Made by a program: the position numbers and the translations under genes
The notes under the pieces: generated by a model
Seen by the model: the letters and a program-made list of their open reading frames with translations, nothing else
Database searches by the model: none
Told to the model about the DNA's origin: nothing
Shown here: one piece after another, positions 14,176-27,849 of the stretch
How the letters are laid out: each line of letters opens with the position of its first letter
How positions within the stretch are numbered: the stretch's first letter is position 1
Origin: the human T2T-CHM13v2.0 reference genome, Homo sapiens
Assembly (NCBI RefSeq): GCF_009914755.1
Contig: NC_060947.1
Direction: 5' to 3' (one strand)
Length of the DNA: 64,000 nucleotides

Positions 14176-14699
14176 TTTTAAAGGTGGGAAATTGGTTAAG
14201 TGTTGGAGTATTGAAAGATCAAAGAGAGAACACTTAGGAAACACAGATAATAAATAACTAAAGCAAGCAGTTACCACCGCTAAGGCTGGGGGAACAAAGA
14301 GAAAGAGTTGGCTTGTAGAAATTTAGTCCCCATTATACTGGGACTCAGACCTCTGAGGAGGGATCACTGTCTCACCGCTGCTAGTACCTTGGAAGAGGCT
14401 CAGTGACACTGTTTAGGAATATAAGAAAGAAGCTGAAGATTGAAATTAACTGCGCTGCTAAGGTAAAGGGCCATTGCTGAGGCAATTTGAGAACAGGAAG
14501 CAAAGCAAAAAAGAGTATGTCAGTTCTTCCTCCCCCAGCCTTCCAGTCTCTTCTAGTACCTTTATGGAGGAAGAACTTTACAGGAAGCCTTCTTTTCAAA
14601 GGAACAATGAAATCTAATAAGTCCTGGCCCCATCATCACAAAGCAGAGCTCAGAGGAGTGGGTTTGTTACAGAGAGAATATTGTTTAGTAACTGGTACA
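14176..14699 (-). mobile_element. ERVL solo LTR (LTR41/LTR52-like)
   Basis: minus strand begins tgtaccagttactaaacaatattctctctgtaacaaacccac...ctctgctttgtgatgatggggc...gagactggaaggctgg; interrupts L1M at cattcactt. Confidence 0.6.
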
Positions 14700-15032
14700 T
14701 TCACTTATTGAAGGACATCTTAGTTGCTTCCAAGTTTTAGTAATTATCAATGAAGCTGCTGTATATATTTTTATGGAGGTATATATGTGGCTATACATTT
14801 TCAGCTAATTTGGGTAACTACAAAGAAGCACAACTGCTTGATCATATGGCAAGAGTATGTCTAGTTTTGTATGAAACTAATAATTTGCTTTCCGATGTTT
14901 CTATCATTTTGCGTTCTCACTAGCTGTGAATATGAATTCTGGTTGCTGCACAAACTTGCCAGCATTTTGTGGTGTTTGTGTTTTGGATTTTAGCCATTCT
15001 AATAGGTATATAGATAAATAGGTATCTCGCAG

Positions 15033-16075
<1,043 letters not shown>

Positions 16076-17598
16076 TTCTTTGGCTAAATTTTTAATTTGA
16101 TTGTTTATTTTCTTATTGTTGAGAGTTATATATTCTTTGTATATTTTAGAATAAACCCTATATCATATATGTGTTTTGTAAGATTCGTTTCTGGCCTGTG
16201 GCTTGTCTTTCCATTCTTGTAATAACCTTTTTGGCAGAGCAAAAGTTCTAAATTTCCAAAATTTTTAAAGTTCTAAACTATGATTTTTTTTTATTTTATC
16301 GATTGTGCTTATGGTGTTATATCTAAAAAGTCTTCATCAAACCCAAGGTATATTAGATTTTTTCCTATGTTATTTTCTAGGAGTTTTATAATTTTGTGTT
16401 TTATATTCAGGTCTAGAATCCATTCTTAATTAAATTGTTGTAAATGGTGTAAGATCTGTATCTAGATTCATTTTTCTTTTTGCATGTGGATATCCAGTAT
16501 CATTTGTTAAAAAGATTATGATTTCTCCATGACTTGCCTTTGCAGTTTGTCAAAGTTGACTATATTTGTGTGGGTCTATTTCTGGGCTCTCTAGTCTGTT
16601 TCATTGATGTTTTTGTTTATTCTTTCACTGTTACCCACTATTACCACACTGTCTTGATTACTATAAATTTATAGTAAGTCTTGGAATAAGGTGGTATCAG
16701 TCCTCTGACTTTGCTTTTTTCTTTCAGTATTGTGGTGGCCATTCCAGATCTTTTGCATTTTCATATAAACGTTAGAATGAGTTTACCAATTTCACAAACT
16801 AATTTTCTGGGATTTTGATTGGGATTGTGTTGAATGTATACATCAAGTTATGTAGAACTGATATCTTAATTATATTAATTGCTTACATCCATGAATGTAG
16901 AATATGCTTGTATTTATTTAGGTCTACATGGATTTCTGTTATTAGAGTTTTGTAGTTTTTCTCCTATATTTCTTATAAATACTTTGTTAGATTTATATCT
17001 AGTTATTTCATTTTTGGTGCGGATGTAAAGGAAGGTTTGTTTTCAAGTTCAAATTTTAATTGTGCATTGCTGGTATAGAGGAAAGCAGTTGAGTTGGATA
17101 TGTAACCATGTATCCTGCAAACTTGCTGTAATTGCTTATTAGTTCAAAGAGTTATTTTATTTGGGATCAGCTGTATACACAATCATGTCATCTACAAACA
17201 AAGCCAGTTTTATTTTCTTCTTTTCAATATGTATATCCTGTATTTTCTTTTCTTTTCCTATTATGTTGGCTTGGACTTTCAGTATGATGTTGATGATAAA
17301 TGGTGAGAGGGGATATCCTTGATATTTTCTTGACCTTAGCAGAGAAACATTTAGTTTCTGACCATTAAGTATAATATAAAATTAGCTGTAGGATTTCTGT
17401 GGATGTTCTTTATCAAGTTGAATAGATTTTTCTCTATTTCTGTCTTGTTGAGAGTTTTTAAGGTGAATGAATGTTTTATTTTGTAAACTGGTTTTTCGCA
17501 TCTATTAATTTTATCATATTATTTTTATTCTTTATTCTCTTGATATAACTGATTAATTGAATTTTGTATGTTAATCCAACCTTGCACACTTGAAGTAA

Positions 17599-17977
<379 letters not shown>

Positions 17978-19342
17978 TGAATTTTAGTGGCTGGCATTTT
18001 TGAGAACATTTTCATCTATGTTTTTCAGTAATATTGATCTGCAGTTTTAATTTCTTGTAATATTTTTATCTGTTTTTTTATTAGGGTATCACTGGCCTCA
18101 TAGAATTAGTGAGGAAGTATTCCATTTGCTTATATTTTCTGGAAAAGATTATGGAGAACTGGTATAACTTCTTCCTTAAATGTTTGGTAGAATTCACCAG
18201 TACACCCATCGTAGCCTGGTTATTATTCTTTTAGAAAATTATTAATAATTGATTCAATTTCTTTAATAAATATGATCCTCATCAGATTGTTCATTTCTTC
18301 TTGTGTGAATTTTGGTAATTGACTCTTTCAAGGAATTGGTCTGCTTCACCTATGTTATCAAATTTGTGGGCCCACAGTTGTTTATAATATTCCTTTATTA
18401 TTTTAAAATTGTTTTTAGGAACAGTAATGATAACTGTCTTCTCATTTTTTATATTAGTAATTTATGTGATACCTCTTTTGTTTTCTTAGTTATCTTGTTT
18501 AGAGGTTTACTGGTTTTATTGATTTTTTTCAGAGAATCAAGTTTTAGTTTCAGTGATTTCATGTTATCAATCACATTGATTTTTGCAGTAATTTTTACTA
18601 TTACTTTTTTCTGCTTATTTTGTTTTAATATGATCTTCTTCTTTACAGTTTCCAAAGGCAGAAGCATGGATAACCTATTTTCTAATATATACATGCTGAT
18701 CTACAAGTTTCTCTGTCAGCACTGCATCATTGCATCTAATAAATTTTGATAAGTTGTATTTTTATTTTCATTTCATTCAAAACACTTTTAATTTATCTTG
18801 AAACTTTTTTTTTCCATAAACGTGTTATGTAGAAATGTGCTGTTTAATCTCTACATATTGGGGTTTTCCAGGTATTTTTTGTTATTGATTTCTAGTTTAA
18901 TGTCATCAGAGCCTGGGAGCATTTTATAGCTTAGATTCTGGTCAGTCTTGGTAAATAATCCATGTAAGTTTATAAAGAATGTGTATTTTGCTGTTATTGG
19001 ATGAAAAATATATAAATATCAAGTAGAGCCAGTTGACTGATGGTCTTATTCAGTTTAATTCTGTCCTAAGATATTTTCTGTCGGCCAGGTCTGTGAATTA
19101 CTGATAGATGGCTGCTGAAATGTACAACTATAACAATGGGTTCATTTTTTTACCCTTGAAATTTTATCAGTTTTGCCTCATGTATCTTGTGCTGTGTTGT
19201 TAGGCACATTCACCTTCAGAATTGTTATGTTTTCATAGCAAATTGACTCCTTTATCATTTTTTAATTCCCTTCTTTATCTCTGTAAATTTTTTGGTTCTG
19301 AAAGTTTCATTTATCTGAAATTGATATAGCTACTCCAGCTTG

Positions 19343-19672
<330 letters not shown>

Positions 19673-19969
19673 TAGATTAGTGCTAGCATGATATATAATT
19701 CTCTACCTTTTTACTTTTAATCTATTTCTGTCTTTAAGTTTAAAGTTGATTTCTTGTAAAAAAGCAAGAGTTGGGCAGTCTTTTCTTAAATCCACTGTGA
19801 CAGTGTCTGTCTTTTTATTTGGGTATTTAAGTCATTGACTTTTAAAGTGATTATTGATATAGTTGGTTAATATCTTCCATGTTTGTAACTATTTTTATTC
19901 ATTGCCCTTTGTCTTTCTTTCTATATGTGTTTCCTATTCCTTTTCTGCCTTTTCTGGTTGTAATTGAGC

Positions 19970-20040
19970 TATAGTTATATATATAGTTTTACATATATAT
20001 AGTTATATATAGTTTTATATATATATAGTTTTACATATAT
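19970..20040. repeat. (TA)-rich low-complexity minisatellite
   Basis: repeated atagtt(tt)a(c/t)atatat units. Confidence 0.85.
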
Positions 20041-21530
20041 TCAATTTACAAAGTTACAGTATTGTACAACTCTCACTAATATGTAGTTTCAGAACTTTTT
20101 CAAGACCTGAAAGTGAAACCCCATACTCATTAAAGTTATTTGCTATTACTCCCTAGTCCCTGCCTGTTGTTACCACCAATCTGCTTTCTGTCTCTAAATT
20201 CTGGATATTTATCTATTCTGAATATTTCATTTCATGTAAATGTATTCATACAATATATGGCCTTCTGTACTTGGCATCTTTCATATAACATAATGTTTTC
20301 AAGTCTCATCCATGTTGCAGCAAGTATTAGTTCCCATTCTTTTCTATGGCTGAATAATATTCCGTTATACAGATATATTACAATTTTTTAATCCATTTAT
20401 CAGTTGATGGACATTTGCTGCTATAAACATTTTTGTACAATTTTTATTTTAATACCTGTTTTCAATTCTTTTGAGTATTTACGTAAGAGTAGAAATTTTG
20501 GGTCATATGGTAATCTCGTGTCTAACTTTTTTAGGAACTACCAAACTGTTTTACACAGTAATTGCATCATTGTACATTCTTACCAGCAATGTATATGAAT
20601 TTTAATTTCTCCACGTCTTTTCAAACGCGTATTTTCTGATTTTTTCATTATGACCCCCACTGTGCATATTTCATTGTGGTTTTGATTTACTTTTTACTAA
20701 TGACTAATGATGTTGAGCATTTTTCTTGTTCTTATTGGCCATTTGTACATGTTCTTTGGAGAAATGTCTATTCAAATCCTTTGTCTATTACTTAATTGGT
20801 TTAATTATTTAATTTTTTGTCTTTTTTTAAGTTATTAGGGTTCTCCACGGTTTTTGGATATAGATTTATCAGATACATAGTTTTAAAATATTCTCTCGAG
20901 TTCTGTCCGTTGTCTTTTTAACTCTCTTGATATGTCATCTGATGCACAAAATGTTTTATTTTTGTGAATTCCAATTTATCTATTTTTCCTTTTGTTGCTT
21001 GTCCCCTCAGTGCCATATCTAAGAAACTATTGCCACATCCAAAATCACCAAGATGTACCCTTATAATTTCTTCTAAAAGTTTTATAGCTTTAGCTGTGGT
21101 TATCCTAGCACCACTTGTTGAAGCAACTGTTTTTTTTTCCCCATTGAGTGTCCTTATCAATGTTGTTGAAAGTCAATTAACCACATATTTATAGGTCTAT
21201 TATTGGATTTTCATTTCTCTTTCATTGATCTACATGTCTATCTTTACAAAAGTTCTAGACTGCCTTGATTAATGCAGTCTTGTAGTAAGTTTTGAAATTG
21301 GGAAGTTTGAGTCCCTGAGCACTGTTTTTCTTTTTCAAGATGTTTTGCCTATTCAGGGCCCCTTGCAATTCCATATGAATTATATGTTTGGGTTTCCTAG
21401 TTCTGCAAAAAGGCAATTGCGATATTGATTCGAATTGCATTGAGTCTGTTAATTGCTGTGGTGAGCACTGACATCTTAACAATATTGTTTTCCAAATCAT
21501 GAACACAGGATGTCTTTCTGTCTTCATTTT
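20040..21530 (-). mobile_element. L1MB-like 3' portion
   Basis: gaaaccccatactcattaa, accaccaatctgctttctgtctct, aggaactaccaaactgtttt. Confidence 0.75.
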
Positions 21531-22540
21531 TAGTGTAGTATTTTACAACTGTAATTTCTCCCTTAAGCACTTCTTTAGCTGCATTCAATGCATTTTGGTG
21601 TTTCATGTCTTCATTTTTATTAATCTCAAACTACTTTCTAATTTTCCTTGTGATCTCATCTTTCATCCTTTGGTTATTTAGAAGTGTGTATTTCAATTTC
21701 CTTATATTTCCTAAATTTCTTTTTGTTATTAATTTCAAATTAGTTCTACTGTGGTCAGAGGATATACTTTGCTTGATTTAAATTCTTTAAATTTATTGAG
21801 ATTTGTTTTATTGTCTAGCATGTGGTTTATCCTGGAGAATGTTCCATCCATATGCACTTGAGAGTAGGTTTCCAATGGGTTTTGGTGGAGCAGTCTCTAG
21901 ATGTCTTGTTTATCTAATTGCTTTACAGTATTGTTCAAACTTTATATTTCCTTAGTGATATTTTGTCTAGTTTTTCTATGTGTTATTGTAAGTGGAATAT
22001 TGAAGTCTCCGATCATTATTAGAATTGTTTATTTTCCCTTCATTCCTTGAGGCTTTGCATCATTACTCCAGGGCTGTAATTTCAGGCACATATATTGTAT
22101 TAGTCCGTTTTCACACTGCTGATAAAGATATACCCAATACTGGGCAATTTACAGAAGAAAGAGGTAATGGACTTACAGTCCCACGTGGCTGGGGAGGCCT
22201 CGCAATCATGGTGGAAGGTGAAAGGCACATTTCACATGGTGGCAGACAAGAGAAGGGAGCCTGTGCAAGGAAGCTCTCCTTTTAAAAACCATCATATCTC
22301 GTGAGATTTATTCACTATCACGAGAACAGCATGGAAAAGACCTGCCCCCATGATTCAATTACCTCCCACCAGGTCCCTCCCACAACACGGGAATTCAAGA
22401 TGAGATTTGGGTGGGGACACAGCCAAACCATATCATGTATGTTTGTAATTATTACATCTTCCTGATATAGTGACCATTATAATTATAAAATGTCCCTCTT
22501 TATTGCTGGTAACATTTTAAAAATGTTTATTTTGTCTGTC
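21530..22540 (-). mobile_element. Old L1M ORF2 endonuclease-region fragment (split by THE1)
   Basis: ctgtggtcagag...tttatcctggagaatgttcca...ggaatattgaagtctcc. Confidence 0.65.
22096..22435 (-). mobile_element. THE1A/B solo LTR
   Basis: tgtattagtccgttttcacactgctgataaag...acagccaaaccatatca; 5-bp TSD tatat/tgtat. Confidence 0.95.
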
Positions 22541-23035
22541 CTTAGAGGAGGCATCCTTAGGCTTAAGTATAGTCATCATGAAATTACAAGGTTTTAGCAT
22601 CGTTCTCTTTGACTGTCACTTTCACTGGTATCTGTGTTAAGCCATTTGTCTGTTGGTATCACACCCAGCTGTTAGCTCTGAGTTACAGTTTATTATTCTA
22701 TTGTTTTGACAGTGCATTGGAACATAAATGCTGCATAGTCTGATCCAATTATATTCCAGTGTCTTTGCAAGGGTAGTTTTATAGGGTAGTCTTTGCGGTT
22801 TTTTTCTACCACAGGAGAGAAATTGCTCTCCTTTCCATGATCCTTGCTGGTTAACAAGCTGGTCTGTGGCTTAGCTTTTTTCTCTCATGGAGCTAAGTTG
22901 TAACCCCTTTATTTCTTTCCTCGTCACTGCTTACATCTAAAATCTCCATTGTATTTAAGAGTACCCTTAAGTTTGAACTTCCCACACTGTTCCAAAAAAA
23001 AGTTAGCCTCCTTAGGGAGAGCTTCTTAGTTTTCT

Positions 23036-23431
23036 TTTCTTTTTTTTTTTTGTGTTTATTATAATTTACGTTCTAGGGTACATGTGCACAATGTGCAGGT
23101 TTGTTACATATGTATACATGTGCCATGTTGGTGTGCTGCACCCATTAACTCGTCATTTACACTAGGTATATCTCCTAATGCTATCCCTCGCCCCTCCCGC
23201 CACCCCACGACAGGCCCCAGTGTGTGATGTTCCCCTTCCTGTGTCCAAGTGTTCTCATTGTTCAATTCCCACCTATGAGTGAGAACATGCGGTGTTTGGT
23301 TTTTTGTCCTTGCAATAGTTTGCTGAGAATGATGGTATCCAGCTTCATCCATGTCCCTACAAAGGACATGAACTCATCCTTTTTAATGGCTGCGTAGTAT
23401 TCCATGGTGTATATGTGCCACATTTTATTTA
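23036..23431 (-). mobile_element. 5'-truncated L1PA (PA4-6-like)
   Basis: ttctagggtacatgtgcacaatgtgcagg...; TSD tcttagttttct at 23024-23035 and 23432-23443. Confidence 0.95.
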
Positions 23432-23554
23432 TCTTAGTTTTCTATTATTGTGGCCAATTCCTTCCTTTCTAGGGGAAAAACCTGCATCACTGCTCTGGAG
23501 TTGGGGGTAAGGAGGGTGGCTCATTTCTCTCAGAATGAAAAAAGAAATTGCCTC

Positions 23555-23709
23555 TTTTCTTCTTTCTTTCTCTTTCTTTCTTTTTCTTTCTTCCTTTCTC
23601 TTCCTCTTCCTTTCTTTCCCTTTCTTTCAGAAATTGCCTCTTTTCTTCTTTCTTTTTCTTTTTTCTTTCTCTTCCTCTCTCTTTCTTTCCCTTCCTTCCT
23701 TCCTTCTTT

Positions 23710-23765
<56 letters not shown>

Positions 23766-23766
23766 T
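23555..23766. repeat. Polypyrimidine (CTTT)n/(CTTC)n tract derived from Alu tail
   Basis: near-pure C/T tract with one embedded copy of agaaattgcctc. Confidence 0.95.
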
Positions 23767-24044
23767 CAAAGAGTCTCTCTCTGTCAACCAGCTGGAGTGC
23801 AGTGGCACAATCTTGGCTCACTGCAAACTTCACCTCCAAAGTTCAAGCGATTCTCCCACCTCAGCCTCCTGAGTAGCTAGGACTACAGGTGCACACCACC
23901 ATACCCAGCTAATATTTGTATTTTTGGTAGAGACGGGTTTTGCCATGTTACCCCGGATGGTCTTGAACTCCTGACCTCAAGTGATCCACCTGCCTCAGCC
24001 TCCTAAAGTGCTGGGATTAGAGACATGAGCCACCATGCCCAGCC
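23767..24044 (-). mobile_element. Alu (old S or J)
   Basis: gagtctctctctgtcaaccagctggagtgcagtggc...gagccaccatgcccagcc. Confidence 0.95.
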
Positions 24045-25702
24045 AGAAGTTGCCTCTTTCATTATTAGCTTGCGTATCCCAGAATGGAACCTTCACCCTT
24101 TGAATCACATGGGGCAAGGATGATATGGGCCCCATTGCTCTTGGCCTGCTTCACCTGTAATAGAGCTACTACCATATGACATGTGGTTTGGTGGAGTGAG
24201 TGAGCTCCAAAGCTCTCAGCTGCTCTGGAAGAGAGTTTTGCAACACAAAACTGGGGATGATGAGAAATGAGAAATGGTTTGTGTCTTTTAGGAGATATTG
24301 TAACATTCAGCTGTAAACTGGGAAAAGAGGGAGGCCTGTGATTTTTGTCACATCAATTCAGAGTGGAGCACCTATGTTGCTGAGTGGAGGTAGAGAGAAT
24401 TTCATGGCTTTTGTTGTAGACACTTGCTATTCTCATCGAGATTTAGCAGATATTTTTTAATAAATATTTTTTCTTTTGCTATATGCAATTTGGACTATTT
24501 CCAGAGGCTTTAAGTTTTTGTTCTAAAATAATTCTCACCAATTATGATTTTTTCCCCTGGGGAAATTTTTCCATGAAAACTTTTGGGTTTACTCTGGGTC
24601 TAATAATTTTGAACTATATGCTGTATATTTTGAGTATTATACCAGTATTATTTAAAGTCTAGGCAGAATATTCCCTGTGCAGAATGCTGATAGTTTTTCT
24701 TTCTCAGTGAATGGGACTATTCATGTTTAGGCAACAATTTCTCATCTATGCCGTGTGTATTGTGCTTACAAGGTAATTGCTGTTTTTAAAGTCTGTGCAG
24801 TGATTTTTGGATCTATCCTTTGTGTACATTACCTAGGCCATTTTGGCACTTGGTCAGTGGTATATCTGTTAATTTAGATATTAAAGTCTTTGGCAGGCAC
24901 ATTAACATCAGATCCCTGTGTATGCACAGCCCAGGATTGATTTCAGGATGTCATAGCCACTTTTATTGGCTCATTGTCCTCACTGCCTCCTTTTTTCCTA
25001 AGCTCTCCTGTACCTTCCAGTTCTTTGGGTGTCCTCTTTTCAGTCTTTTGGCCGGATGCTTGAGACTTAGTTACCCCACTATATCGTGCACTTCCACTCC
25101 TGTGTGTGCATTCAAGTTCAAGTGGTGGGAAGTCAGAGAGCAAAAACAAAACAAAACAAAAAATCAATGTGCTTGGCCCCACTTTCTTTATGCCATAGCT
25201 CCTGTGGTCAGAGAGGGAGATTCCTGTGCTCCTGTTTCTACGCTAGAGATTACATGGAATCTAGGACATAGGCAATAGACAAGGAAAGTGAACACCCTTT
25301 GAACAGTAGGCATTCACTTTTCTGCTCCCTGAACCAAAATTAAAGGGGGCTTTCTATATTCCTCTCTGTACCCCAGTGCCTATTCATGGTATTCGGAATG
25401 CACTTTTGAAAGTCGTATTAATGGAAATTCATATACCCCAAACAGTTTTTATTCCTGAAAATTGAGGAAATTATTAGATATTACAGAAAATTTTCCAAAG
25501 TTTCTATTGGGGCAGATACTGGTTTTAAAAAATTCAAATATTAATAAAACAAATATAGAAACTTTCAGAATTCTGTAGGAAGCTGTTAAATAAAAAGTAT
25601 ACTTAGTTACAGTAAAGAAAAATGCTGTCCTGATTTCAACTTTTATCCATTCAATAAGCATTTATTGCATACTAATAATTGTAAAAATATTGTTCTAGTC
25701 AA

Positions 25703-25856
25703 GCATTGTACACTGAAATAGCTTTTGTTGATGGAAATGATGGCCAATGTAGTGGCTAATATGGTAACCACTAGCCACAAGTGGTTATTAAGCACTTGAA
25801 ATGTGGCAAGTGAAAATGATAAACTAGCTAAAGACTATGATATTGTACAGTACAGT
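25703..25856. mobile_element. MER3/MER33-like hAT-Charlie DNA transposon remnant
   Basis: aatatggtaaccactagccacaagtggttattaagcacttgaaatgtggc. Confidence 0.7.
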
Positions 25857-25974
25857 TCTAGACATTTTTGAAAACACAAATATAACTGCTAATGAGGTAG
25901 TAGTTATCTATTGCACATTGTATTAATATTTTATGTTTGTTTATCTCATTCATTATAACCATTTGATCATTATA

Positions 25975-26065
25975 TGTTTATAGCAGAAGAAACTGTGGTC
26001 TAGAGAGGTAAAGTAACTTTTTCAAAGTCACAAAGTTATGAAACAGCAAAATTTGGCTTCACAGC
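25975..26065 (-). mobile_element. MIR core fragment
   Basis: gaagaaactgtggtctagagaggtaaagtaactttttcaaagtcaca. Confidence 0.65.
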
Positions 26066-26104
26066 CATGTACGTATTATTTGAGGGTCTTTTATTGGAAA
26101 CTGC

Positions 26105-27216
26105 ACTATTTATTGACAGGGATACTGCAGTACAATTTACATACATGAAAATTCACTATTTAGAGTATACCATTCTATAGTTATTGATAAATGAATTCAG
26201 CTGTGTAATCATCACCACAAAAATAAACATAAAGAATATTTCCATCAATCAAAAAAGTTAATTCCTGCCCCTTTGTAAATGCTTACACTCATGACCAGCA
26301 ACTACTGATCTGTTTTGCTATCTCTATAATTTTGCCCATTCAAGAATGCAATATTAACAGAGATTTATGTTATAAATAGCTTCTTTGAGTCTGGATTCTT
26401 TATAATCATCAGTGTTGTAGCCTTTGTTAGTAGTTGGTTTCTTTTTATTTCTGTGTAATGTTCTGTTGTGTGGATATAGCACCATTTGTTTACTCGCCAA
26501 TAAGAAGATATTTTTGTTGCTTATGGTTTCTGCCAATTGCAAATATACCTTCTATAAACATCTGTGTACAGATATTTGTGTGAATATCATTGTAAGTTGT
26601 GGATGAATACCTTGAGTACGACTATTGGGTTATGTGGTAAGTTTATGTTTAACTTTATAAGAAAATGCCAAACTGTTTTCCTGAGTGGCTGTATAATTTT
26701 GCATTCCCATTGGCAATGAATGAGTTTCCAATGAATGATTCACATCCTTGTGAGAAATTGGTAATATCAGTTTTGTTGGATTTTAGGCATTTTAACAGGG
26801 ATGTTGTGCTATCTAATTGTGGTAGTCATTTGCATTTCCTGAATAACTAATAATGCCAGAGGTATCTTTATATGTGCTTTTGTGCGTTCCTTCTTTGGTA
26901 CATGTCTGTCGAGATCTTTTGTCATATCTTATTGGGTTAATTTTTCTCATTGAGTTTAACTATTTCACATACAATTTATTAATCAGATATATCCTTTTCA
27001 AATATATTTTCCCCATTTTTGGGTCGTCTTTTTATTTTGTAACAGTGCCATTCTAAGGAACAAAACTTTAAATTTAGATGAAGCTCAAATTAACAAGTTT
27101 TAAAGATGTTGTTTTTTCATATTATTTAAGAAATCTTTGCCTAATCCAAGGTCACAAGATTTTCTCCTATGTTTTCCCTAAAATATTTATAATTTTAGGT
27201 TTTACTATAGGTCTAT
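26105..27216 (-). mobile_element. Old L1M (L1MD/ME-like) 3' portion
   Basis: tgtgtaatcatcaccaca, agcaactactgatctg, gccaaactgttttcc, aaatctttgcctaatccaaggtcacaag. Confidence 0.75.
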
Positions 27217-27845
27217 TGTATTAATTTGCTAAGGCTCTCATAACTAAGTACCACAAACTTGTTGGCGTAAACAACAGAAATTTATTTTCTCACGGTTCTG
27301 GATCCTGGAAGTCAAAATTCAAGGTGTCAGCTGAGTTGGTTCCTTCTGAAGGTTGTGAGTGAATGGTCTACTCTATGTTTGTTTCCTTGGTTTGTAAGTG
27401 GCCTTTTCTTTTTCATATTGTTTTTCCTCTATGTGTGCCTGTGTCATATTTTCCGTTCTTTCAGGGCAGCAGTGATATTGGATTCGACCTCACCCTAATT
27501 ACTTGATCTTAACTTGATTACCTCTATAAAGATCCCATCTCTAAACAAGGTCATATTTTGAGGTACTGAGGGTTAGGATTTCAACATTTGAATTTTGCGG
27601 AGGACACAGCTGAACCTATAACAGTCTGCCCTTTGCCCTCCCCCAGTTCATGTCCTTTTCGCATGCAAAATACATTCACCCCCATTCCAACATCCCCAAA
27701 AGTGTTCATCCATTTTAGCATCAACTGTAATTCCAACATCTCATAAAAATCTCATCTAAATCATCTATGGATGAGACTATGGTTATGATTCATGTTGAGG
27801 CAAAATTCCCATCTAGCTATGAACCCAGACAACAAGTTATCTGAC
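27217..27845 (-). mobile_element. MLT1 (B/C-like) LTR (27217-27623) plus adjoining internal sequence
   Basis: tgtattaatttgctaaggct...aaacaacagaaatttattttctcacggttctgg...acctataaca then gtctgccctttg...catgcaaaatacattcacc. Confidence 0.8.
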
Positions 27846-27849
27846 TGCT

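Larger units (their letters stand above)
22560..25430 (-). mobile_element. Probable very old L1M 5' region/ORF1 remnants
   Basis: contiguous with L1M ORF2 fragment; diverged, only partial motif recognition. Confidence 0.4.

Noticed and set aside
23450-23880. Long F/S/L-rich and K/E/R-rich ORFs (also 34387-34698)
   Set aside because: Translations of (CTTT)n Alu-tail microsatellites that lack stop codons; not proteins.
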